Source: Akkermansia muciniphila (GTDB lineage: Bacteria; Verrucomicrobiota; Verrucomicrobiia; Limisphaerales; UBA9464). From it: 28,901 nt of DNA. The notes under the pieces were generated by a model, which saw only the letters and a program-made list of their open reading frames with translations, ran no database searches and was not told the DNA's origin. Below are positions 1 to 7,466 of the stretch, in pieces. The DNA is taken from NCBI GenBank assembly GCA_945873715.1, contig CAMCFL010000001.1, positions 1-28,901 on the forward strand, given 5' to 3'. Position 1 is the stretch's first letter, and each line of letters begins with the position of its first letter. The translations under genes were made by a program, and so were the position numbers.

Positions 1-1
1 G

Positions 2-256
2 GACGCGATGGTAACCCGAGTCCACTACGAACACCTTGCCGGTCGCTGGATCCAGGACCACATCCGACGGAGCGAGCAAGGTCTCCGGATCGGGCAGCCG
101 GGTGTTGCCGACGATCACCTGGGCGGCGGCGAAATCCACCCATCCCGCCCGCACTCCCTGGCTGGCAGCAAGGCACAGCACCGCCAGGGTCGCCCGGGTG
201 AAACCGAACCGCCATCCGCCACCCACACCGCGACCGACGTTGATTTCCGTCTTCAT
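2..256 (-). CDS. NHL-repeat secreted protein, N-terminal fragment (runs off the window edge)
   Basis: Not in the ORF track. Manual translation from ATG 256 gives MKTEINVGRGVGGGWRFGFTRATLAVLCLAASQGVRAGWVDF...PSDVVLDPATGKVFVVDSGYHRV, i.e. a signal-peptide-like N-terminus and an NHL-type repeat, open to position 2. Confidence 0.75.
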   Translation of the reverse strand, partial: MKTEINVGRGVGGGWRFGFTRATLAVLCLAASQGVRAGWVDFAAAQVIVGNTRLPDPETLLAPSDVVLDPATGKVFVVDSGYHRV

Positions 257-544
257 GTTCCTGAGGTCTCCGACGACGACGGGAAATCCCGTCCTCGTTC
301 TCACGACTCAACGCCAACCCCAGCGCTGGCACCATCCGACTTCGGTCGGCAGGGCCGCGCGCCGGATCAGACTTTGGTGGGGACCGGGCGAATTCCGGGC
401 GAATTCCGGTGTTGATACCCAGGCCTTCGGAACCGCATCCTGTTAACCATCCCCGCTTTGCTGGTTCAACGACGTGCTCCCCCTTGGATCGCCGTCATTG
501 CGTTCAAGCATCGGGTGACAACACACCGCTACGGAAATCGAAAC

Positions 545-2665
545 ATGAAAGAATCCTCATCCTTCCTGTCCTGGCTGATGCTTGCTGGAGTGGCGTTCAG
601 TGCTCAGGCAGATTCCATCCTGTGGGTCAGTGACAACGGTGCCAAGGGAACCGAGCTGGGCTCGGATGGCGTGAATCGCGGCGTGTTTTACCCGGCCGTC
701 TCGGGCGAAACACCGTATGTCGACCAGGGATTCGTCAACCTGCTGACCCAAGCCGGGCATCAGGTGACCCGGTTCAACCCGAATCCCACGTCGATGTCGA
801 TCGACGACGTGCCCCTGATCAACGGCTACGACCTGATCATCCTGGGCGCAGCGCTCAACAGCGGGCCATTCAACCTCAACGCCCGCGGGGCCAAGTGGAA
901 CACCCTGATCACCCCGCCGATGATCGTCACCAAGTCCACGCTGATCCGGCGCGACCGCATGGGCTACCTGCTGGACAACAAGGAATTCGACTGCGCCGCC
1001 GATGCCAGCACCACGGCGAGTGGCAAATTCACCTTCCTGCAACCCAACCACCCGATCTTCGACGGGATCGCCCGCACCCTCCAGGGCGGGAACGCCGTGA
1101 TGAACAACTTCGGCCTCACCCACGTTCCGAGCCCCGTCAACAACCGGGCCGCATCCGTCCAGTACTTCAAGCTCAGCATCGGCGGCGTTGACCAAGGCAT
1201 CGCCAATGCCGTCGAACCCGGTGGCGTGGTCCTCGCCACCATCGATTTCAATCCGCTGGATCCGGGAGTGAACATTCCCGCCGGTCAGACCCCCGCGGTG
1301 AATGGCACCTATCAGGCAACGGGCTATGCCATCGTCGAATGGCCGACCGGCACCTCGGTCCGGACCACTCAGGTCACCGGGGAGACGAATGCCAGCTATC
1401 GCCTGCTTTTCGCCTGTGGCACCCGCGACGCCGCCGGGTCAGTCACCGCCGCCCCCAATCCGGAGGCCGGTGCCCTCAACCTCACCGCCGACGGCCAGCG
1501 CCTGTTTCTCAATGCCGTCCGCCATGCCCTTTCCAAGGGACCCCGCCGCCTGCTTTCCTCTTCGTGGGGCGAATGGGATTACAAGCAATACCTGTATGGC
1601 GGCACCGGCAACCTCGTTCTTACCGATCAGACCGCGGGCGGCTTCACGGCCTGGGTCTCCACCAATGACGTGGATGTCTTCAACACCGCCGAGGGCTCGA
1701 TCGGTTCGGACGGTGCCATCGAACCCGCCGGTCGCCCGACGATCTATCAGGAGTTCGCTCCCCTCGATCTTTCGGAGGTTGGACAGAAGGTCACTGCCAC
1801 CTTCGACCTCAAGTTCAACAACGCCCTCAACCCGAGCGACCAGTTCGTGCGCTTCGGCTTCGGCAATCCCAACAACAATTCCAGCTTCTACCTGAAGGTG
1901 GACTCCGGTCTCGGAGGCGGCACCACCCTCGGTTGGCGTTCGGACGCGTCGATCACCGATACCAACGGCACCACCCTGATTTCTCCCACCTTCAATCCCG
2001 CGGGAAATCTGGCCACCGCCGTCCCGCTCAATGTTCCGGTCAAGGGACCGAATGAAGGGTTCGTTTCCAGCAATTACAGCCACTTCATGAACAGCGGCAG
2101 CCTCTCGGGCGCGGCGTATCCTGGGGGCATCGGAGGCTACCCGAACGGCGTCGGTCTCGGAGTCGAAGGCACGCTGGACATCGTCCACTCCTTCTCCATG
2201 TCGATGGAGCGGGTGGAGGGCGGACTGAAAATCGGCGCGGTCTGGTCGAACAGCGCCGGACCCGAGGTTCTGGAGAGCGGCTATTCGAACCCGTACAATG
2301 ACCAACCGCTCGCCGACGGTGGCCATGGCAAACTGGACCAGATCGGATGCCTTGGCTTCAACCTCATGAACAATGACCTGTTCAACCTCGGCGCTGCCGG
2401 CGGCACCTACCGGGTCTCCAACATGACCCTGACCTACATCACCCCGCCCATCCTCCGCCTCTCGGGAATCACCCATGAGTCCGGCACGGATCAGTTCAGC
2501 CTGAGCTGGGTCTCCGAACCGGATGCCATCTACACCCTCGAATCCACAACCGACTGGAGCGGGTGGCTTTCGGTTCAGGCCAACATTGCGTCGGAAGGGG
2601 CCTCAACCACCAAGACCATCACCTCGACTGCCCCGGCCACGTTCTACCGGATCCGGAAGCAGTAG
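545..2665 (+). CDS. Large secreted multidomain protein with C-terminal FYR-type tail domain
   Basis: ORF 458..2665. The likely start is ATG 545 (MKESSSFLSWLMLAGVAFSAQA-DS, Sec signal). An alpha/beta N-terminal domain is followed by a Gly/Asn/Ser-rich beta region, and the protein ends LSW..Y.LE...W...TFYRIRKQ. Confidence 0.8.
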   Translation: MKESSSFLSWLMLAGVAFSAQADSILWVSDNGAKGTELGSDGVNRGVFYPAVSGETPYVDQGFVNLLTQAGHQVTRFNPNPTSMSIDDVPLINGYDLIILGAALNSGPFNLNARGAKWNTLITPPMIVTKSTLIRRDRMGYLLDNKEFDCAADASTTASGKFTFLQPNHPIFDGIARTLQGGNAVMNNFGLTHVPSPVNNRAASVQYFKLSIGGVDQGIANAVEPGGVVLATIDFNPLDPGVNIPAGQTPAVNGTYQATGYAIVEWPTGTSVRTTQVTGETNASYRLLFACGTRDAAGSVTAAPNPEAGALNLTADGQRLFLNAVRHALSKGPRRLLSSSWGEWDYKQYLYGGTGNLVLTDQTAGGFTAWVSTNDVDVFNTAEGSIGSDGAIEPAGRPTIYQEFAPLDLSEVGQKVTATFDLKFNNALNPSDQFVRFGFGNPNNNSSFYLKVDSGLGGGTTLGWRSDASITDTNGTTLISPTFNPAGNLATAVPLNVPVKGPNEGFVSSNYSHFMNSGSLSGAAYPGGIGGYPNGVGLGVEGTLDIVHSFSMSMERVEGGLKIGAVWSNSAGPEVLESGYSNPYNDQPLADGGHGKLDQIGCLGFNLMNNDLFNLGAAGGTYRVSNMTLTYITPPILRLSGITHESGTDQFSLSWVSEPDAIYTLESTTDWSGWLSVQANIASEGASTTKTITSTAPATFYRIRKQ

Positions 2666-2751
2666 GGGGGGGCCGCAGGAACGCGCGGGGCACCCGTGCT
2701 CAGCGGGACGGGTGCCACGCGTCTCCATTTACCTCCTGAAAAAGTATGGGT

Positions 2752-2785
2752 CTCGCCGAGGTCGTTCCTCCGGCGAGGTCGTTTT
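2752..2785 (+). terminator. Possible intrinsic terminator after the 545..2665 gene
   Basis: CTCGCCG-AGG...CCT-C-CGGCGAG hairpin followed by GTCGTTTT. A second hairpin (GGCACCCGT/ACGGGTGCC) lies at 2689-2716. Confidence 0.35.
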
Positions 2786-2790
2786 CCACA

Positions 2791-2904
2791 GGGGGCAACT
2801 TGGGTGGGTTGTCACGGTTGCAGGCCCGCTGCCCTCAGCGGGCGTCTCCTCATCGCCGCCTGTGGGCGGGTGGACTGCCTCCGTGACCGACTCAGGATGT
2901 CGTT
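2791..2904. mobile_element. 114-bp MITE/REPIN composite element, degenerate copy
   Basis: 29-nt arm GGGGGCAACTTGGGTGGGTTGTCACGGTT, 59-nt core at 2820-2878, then a 26-nt arm. Colinear with the 4688-4801 copy in the opposite orientation. Confidence 0.75.
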
Positions 2905-2966
2905 AAACCCGAACCGCCCTTCAACCGCTGTTTGAATTCCCTGCTCCATCACGGCAGCCTATCCCC

Positions 2967-3827
2967 ATGCGTCGCGAGCCAGCCGTTCACCAGCCATACC
3001 CCGGTCAGGGCGTGCTGGGCTGGCTATTGCTGGGGTGGATCGCCTTCGGACTGGCCGGGTGCGATTGGCTGAACCGCCCCTCGGGTGATCCGCGGCGCGA
3101 AGGCAATTTCCAGGACGGCCTGCGATGGGCGGATCAGCAGCGATGGGACCATTCCCGGGAGAGTTACTACCGGGCTCTGGAGACGAATCCGCAGAATCTT
3201 CATGCCCACCTCGCGCTGGGAGACCTCTACCGCTCGCGCCTGACCAACCAGGTCCTGGCCCTCTACCACTACCACCGGTACCTCGAGCTCGGTCGGACCC
3301 AGAACAACGGGGATTTCCGCGATCAATCGGCGACGGACGGCATCCGCAACGCTGAGGTTGAACTCGCCCGGCGCTACGCAGAGCGCATGTTCCGCGACCA
3401 GCAACAGTACGAACTGGACAACCTCCGGCGCACCAACGCGGTTCTCCAGCAGCGCATCGACGTCCTGACCCACCACGTCGGACTGCTCAGCCGTCAGGTG
3501 GTTGCCCAGACGAATGGCCTGCTGGCCAATCCCCCGGACCGCTCCCCCACCGTGGTCACCAATCCGTCCAGTCCGTTGGTCCGGGTGCAACCCACAGAAC
3601 CCGTCCGTCCCCAGATCGGAGGTGCCCGGAGCACGGCACCCGTCCAGCCAACCCAGACCGCGCCGGTGCCCACTCCCAACCGGACGCATCGGGTGCAGGC
3701 CAGCGAATCGTTCTCGTCGATTGCCCGCCAGTACCGGATCGGCATTCCCGCCCTGCAGGCCGCCAACCGCGGGGTCGATTCCCGACGATTGCGGGTGGGT
3801 CAGGTGCTGGTGATCCCAGCCCGTTGA
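2967..3827 (+). CDS. TPR and LysM domain lipoprotein
   Basis: Lipobox-like FGLAGC, TPR-like helices (YYRALETNPQNLHAHLALGDLY), coiled coil, Pro/Thr linker, and a C-terminal LysM (HRVQASESFSSIARQYRIGIPALQAAN...LRVGQVLVIP). Confidence 0.85.
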   Translation: MRREPAVHQPYPGQGVLGWLLLGWIAFGLAGCDWLNRPSGDPRREGNFQDGLRWADQQRWDHSRESYYRALETNPQNLHAHLALGDLYRSRLTNQVLALYHYHRYLELGRTQNNGDFRDQSATDGIRNAEVELARRYAERMFRDQQQYELDNLRRTNAVLQQRIDVLTHHVGLLSRQVVAQTNGLLANPPDRSPTVVTNPSSPLVRVQPTEPVRPQIGGARSTAPVQPTQTAPVPTPNRTHRVQASESFSSIARQYRIGIPALQAANRGVDSRRLRVGQVLVIPAR

Positions 3828-3837
3828 ACCCGTAGTC

Positions 3838-4644
3838 ATGAGGCAACCTCTCGTCACCGCGGCGATCGTCGCCTTCTGGGTGACCATGAACGTGCTCCTG
3901 TGGCGGGCTGAGTCCGGATACGGAGATCAGCTGGAGTCCACCGTCCCCCTCCGCACCGTCGTGGAGCGGATGCTCAACGCCGCCGATCCGTCTACCCTCC
4001 GGCTCAGCCATCACGGCCAGGACCTGGGTCAACTCCGCTGGATTCCCACCGTCCGTGAGACACCGGTCGAGACCAACTCGTTCGCTCCGGAAGGCATGGT
4101 GACGTCGGCCACGGGATACCGTCTCGACCTGGACCTGAGGCTGACCGGCGATCTGCCGGAATCACGGTGGGACCTGGTCAGTCACCTCGACCTGGACCTC
4201 CGCCATGAATGGGAGGACGTCTCCATCAAGCTCATCCAACGTCCTTCGACCTGGGAGATCCGGGCGAGGCGCGGGGAGGACGCGGTGGAACTGTCGGTCG
4301 AGGAGGGACGCGCCGCCCCGTTCCGCCGGCGCTTCGGCTTCGCCGACCTGGGCGAACTGCCGGGAGCCCTGGGTCCACTGGCCCCCTTCCTGACGTCGCA
4401 GCTGAACCTTTCCGGGACCAACCGTCTCACGTCGCCGGCCCCGATCGAATGGAAGGCGAGCGACAGTCAGTTGCGATTGGGTCGCCACCAGATGCGGGCT
4501 TTTCGGATCCAGGGAAAGATCCTGGGACGCTTCGACCTGATCGTGTACGTGAGCCGTGCCGGGGAGATCCTTCGGGTTGAACTCCCGGACCATTACCTCC
4601 TCACCTCGGTGGCCAGCCCGACCTCGCGCGAGCCGGCCCGCTGA
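3838..4644 (+). CDS. Hypothetical protein with N-terminal membrane anchor
   Basis: 268-aa ORF starting 10 nt after the LysM gene stop, with a hydrophobic N-terminus (LVTAAIVAFWVTMNVLLW). Confidence 0.75.
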   Translation: MRQPLVTAAIVAFWVTMNVLLWRAESGYGDQLESTVPLRTVVERMLNAADPSTLRLSHHGQDLGQLRWIPTVRETPVETNSFAPEGMVTSATGYRLDLDLRLTGDLPESRWDLVSHLDLDLRHEWEDVSIKLIQRPSTWEIRARRGEDAVELSVEEGRAAPFRRRFGFADLGELPGALGPLAPFLTSQLNLSGTNRLTSPAPIEWKASDSQLRLGRHQMRAFRIQGKILGRFDLIVYVSRAGEILRVELPDHYLLTSVASPTSREPAR

Positions 4645-4687
4645 ACCGGCCTCCGGTCGAGGCAAACTCCACCACCCCGGAGCAACG

Positions 4688-4801
4688 GGGTGCATCCTGA
4701 GTTGGTCGTGGATGTAGGCCGCCTGCCCTCAGGCGGCGATGGAAAAGCGCCCGCTGAGGGCAGCGGGCCTACATTCGTGACAACCAGCTCAAGAGGCACC
4801 C
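4688..4801. mobile_element. 114-bp MITE/REPIN composite element, intact copy with perfect 9-bp TSD
   Basis: Ends are GGGTGCATCCTGAG...CTCAAGAGGCACCC. The core at 4714-4772 has two inverted GTAG hairpins. GGAGCAACG flanks it at 4679-4687 and 4802-4810. It lies between convergent genes. Confidence 0.85.
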
Positions 4802-4885
4802 GGAGCAACGGACCCTCGTTGGCTCAACGAATCCGGATCGTGGTTGCCGTAGGTTCGTGGTGGTTCAAACCGGCCTGGCAGCCCG

Positions 4886-6649
4886 CTACGGTGCAGTGAC
4901 GTCGTAGCGGTCGAAGGCCTTGGACAGGGCCCAGATTCCGCCGGCGACCTCGGTGACGAGGATGACAAGGGCGGCCAGTGCTGCGAACGGTAGTGCCCAG
5001 GCGGGGCCGGTAAGCCATTGGCACACCCACCAGACGACGCCTCCCACGACGGTGGCCGGGAGGAGTCCGACCACGAGGGTCAGGACCAGACCGAGCCCGA
5101 AGATCAACCGTTGGCCCATGACTTCGATCCCGCCGCCGCGGCCCTGGCTGGTGCCGGCCCAGGCCGGGAAGAGCAGGGCGATGGTGTTGGGCAGGAGCAG
5201 GACCATCGCGTCGAGGGCCGGGAGCAGCAGCGCGGCCGAGATGGCCGCTGGCCAGCGCCACATCAGGAGCGGGGATCGGACGAACACCCCTCCCAGAGTA
5301 CTGCCGATGAGCACCGCCAGCAGGAGCCATTGCAAGGCGCCAAGGATCACCACCGGCGCCAGCAATTGACCCAGCACAATCTGCCACGACGGCATGGGGA
5401 GCGACTTGAGCAGGTCCATCTGCGGCAGGTCCGAGCGGAAATCCTGCCGGACCATCTGCGCCCCCAGCAGCAGCGACATGAACAGGAGCATCCCGGACAC
5501 GGATGCAACGATGGCTTGGAATCCCGCGAAGCCCGACGAGTTTCCCGCGGAAGAGGTGCCGACCACAAACGAAACAACACACGAAAGGGTGATCAGCCAC
5601 ACCCGGGCCGTGAAGAACTGTCCGGCTCCAATCAGGTTCTTCCAGAGGAGCGCCATCGGGGGAAAGCCGATCGGTGCCAGACGGAATGGGTCGCGTCGGA
5701 CCTTGGGTGGCTTGAGGCGGTGGACGTTCCCGCTGCGGGCGGCCTCGATGATCGTGGCGAGCTTGCGGGAGGCGTCCACGGAGGCTTCCTCGAAGGATAC
5801 GTTGGCACGCACCACCCAGATCCAGTGGGCGACCAGAATCAGCAGGGCCGGCCACACGGCCTGAACAAGCTCAACCCACCCGCGGGTGAACCACGGCCGG
5901 ATCACCCAACGGAACGGAGCGAGCAGCCAGGGCGCGGGCCCGGCCGTCATCACGGCGCGGATCTGGTCCTTGAGCGCATCGAGATCCCGCACGCCGGCCG
6001 CGGAGGGCGCGGCCTGGATCCACCAGACGATCGCTCCTCCCAGCGCCAGCAGGACTCCCAGGACCGCCAACCGGCGGCGCCAGCCCGCCAGGCCCCGTTC
6101 GGTCAGGCGTTGGATGGCGAAGGAGGCTCCGATCGAATGCAGGTAGAGCAGGGTGAACACCAGCCAGAGCGTGAACCCGTGGGAGATCCATTCGAAGAGC
6201 GAGTGCTGACGCCCGGTGAACAGGTTGAAGATGAAGGAGGACAGCAGCAGTCCGGGCTGGGCCCGCAACAGTCGGAACTGCAACAGCGCACGGCGGCTCA
6301 CCGGGGCCGGGAGCAGGAAGGCCACCTCCGCCTCGGTGAAGGTGAGGCTGGCGCGGTCCCCGGCGAACAGCCAGATCCCCGCCACGTACAACGCCAACCC
6401 CAGGGCAACGACCGCCTCGATCCATCCCGCCGTCTCCGACGAGAGATCCCATCCCCCGACGCTTCCCGAGGCGCGGTCCACGAAGAATCGCCGGAGGAAG
6501 ACCATCCAGAGGTAGCCGATGCCCACCACGCCGCCGATGAGGTAGCGCGGTTGCTTCAGGCGCTGGAGGCGCGCCTTCAGACGGTTGTACAGGCTCCGCG
6601 ATTGCAGGAACCACAGCGCCGACAGAACCGGTCTGAGGGGAGTCGCCAT
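4886..6649 (-). CDS. Putative ABC exporter permease (ABC_export-like, multi-TM)
   Basis: ORF 4886..6823 with a likely start at ATG 6649 (MATPLRPVL). It has many hydrophobic segments, an FTEAEVAFLLPAPVSRR motif, and lies directly downstream of an ABC ATPase. Confidence 0.85.
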   Translation of the reverse strand: MATPLRPVLSALWFLQSRSLYNRLKARLQRLKQPRYLIGGVVGIGYLWMVFLRRFFVDRASGSVGGWDLSSETAGWIEAVVALGLALYVAGIWLFAGDRASLTFTEAEVAFLLPAPVSRRALLQFRLLRAQPGLLLSSFIFNLFTGRQHSLFEWISHGFTLWLVFTLLYLHSIGASFAIQRLTERGLAGWRRRLAVLGVLLALGGAIVWWIQAAPSAAGVRDLDALKDQIRAVMTAGPAPWLLAPFRWVIRPWFTRGWVELVQAVWPALLILVAHWIWVVRANVSFEEASVDASRKLATIIEAARSGNVHRLKPPKVRRDPFRLAPIGFPPMALLWKNLIGAGQFFTARVWLITLSCVVSFVVGTSSAGNSSGFAGFQAIVASVSGMLLFMSLLLGAQMVRQDFRSDLPQMDLLKSLPMPSWQIVLGQLLAPVVILGALQWLLLAVLIGSTLGGVFVRSPLLMWRWPAAISAALLLPALDAMVLLLPNTIALLFPAWAGTSQGRGGGIEVMGQRLIFGLGLVLTLVVGLLPATVVGGVVWWVCQWLTGPAWALPFAALAALVILVTEVAGGIWALSKAFDRYDVTAP

Positions 6650-7466
6650 GGGCTCGGGCACCGGCAACCGGGGGAGGCGGAGGCATCGGGGGAATCGGCG
6701 GTGGGGGCGGTGTCGACGGAGGCGGCGGGGGCGTGGCCGAGCCGGTCCCCGTGGCGATCCGGATGAACACTTCCTCCAGGTCGGCCCCGGCGTCGTCGGC
6801 GGCGAACTGGGCCCGGATCTCATTCACGGTTCCGTGGGCGACCTTGAACCCTCCCTTGAGGACCAGGATGCGGGTGCAGAGCTCTTCGACCAGATGCAGC
6901 AGGTGCGAGCTGAGCACGATGGCAGCACCCTCCGCAGCGAGGCGTCGGATCGTGTCCTTCATCCGGCGGATGGCGAGCGGATCCAGGCCGGTGAGCGGTT
7001 CGTCGAAGAACACCACCCGAGGCGAATGCAGGAGGCCGCAGGCGATCTGGACCTTCTGCTTCATCCCGCGCGAAAGGTCGCCCGGCAACTGATCCGCCTT
7101 GCTGGTCAGCTCCAGTTCCTCCAGCAGCTTCGCATACCGGGCGGGGGCATCCTGGACCTGATAAAGACGGGCGGTGAAATCGAGGTGCTGCCGGATGGTG
7201 AGATAGTCGAACAACCGGGGTTCATCCGAGAAGAAGGCCAGTTGCTGCTTGGCGGCCACCGGTTCGGTCACGAGGTCGTGCCCGGCGATCCGCACGGTGC
7301 CGCGGGTGGCTGGGATGATCCCGGCGAGGGAACGGAGCGTGGTCGTCTTGCCAGCACCGTTGGGCCCGACGAGCCCGAGGAGTTCGCCCGGCTGGACGGT
7401 GAAGGACAGCCCGGTGACGGCAGCGAAGTCGCCGTACAGTTTGGTCAAGCCATCCACCTCGATCAT
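5871..7466 (-). CDS. ABC transporter ATP-binding protein; the ORF over-runs into the permease
   Basis: Walker A GPNGAGKTT, signature LSRGMKQK, Walker B VVFFDEP and H-loop SSHLL all lie in the first ~240 aa. A poly-Pro tract follows. No stop occurs near 6654, so the ORF overlaps the permease by ~780 nt; the tail after ~aa 270 looks off-frame. Confidence 0.85.
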   Translation of the reverse strand: MIEVDGLTKLYGDFAAVTGLSFTVQPGELLGLVGPNGAGKTTTLRSLAGIIPATRGTVRIAGHDLVTEPVAAKQQLAFFSDEPRLFDYLTIRQHLDFTARLYQVQDAPARYAKLLEELELTSKADQLPGDLSRGMKQKVQIACGLLHSPRVVFFDEPLTGLDPLAIRRMKDTIRRLAAEGAAIVLSSHLLHLVEELCTRILVLKGGFKVAHGTVNEIRAQFAADDAGADLEEVFIRIATGTGSATPPPPPSTPPPPPIPPMPPPPPVAGARAHGDSPQTGSVGAVVPAIAEPVQPSEGAPPAPEATALPHRRRGGHRLPLDGLPPAILRGPRLGKRRGMGSLVGDGGMDRGGRCPGVGVVRGGDLAVRRGPRQPHLHRGGGGLPAPGPGEPPCAVAVPTVAGPARTAAVLLHLQPVHRASALALRMDLPRVHALAGVHPALPAFDRSLLRHPTPDRTGPGGLAPPVGGPGSPAGAGRSDRLVDPGRALRGRRAGSRCAQGPDPRRDDGRARALAARSVPLGDPAVVHPRVG

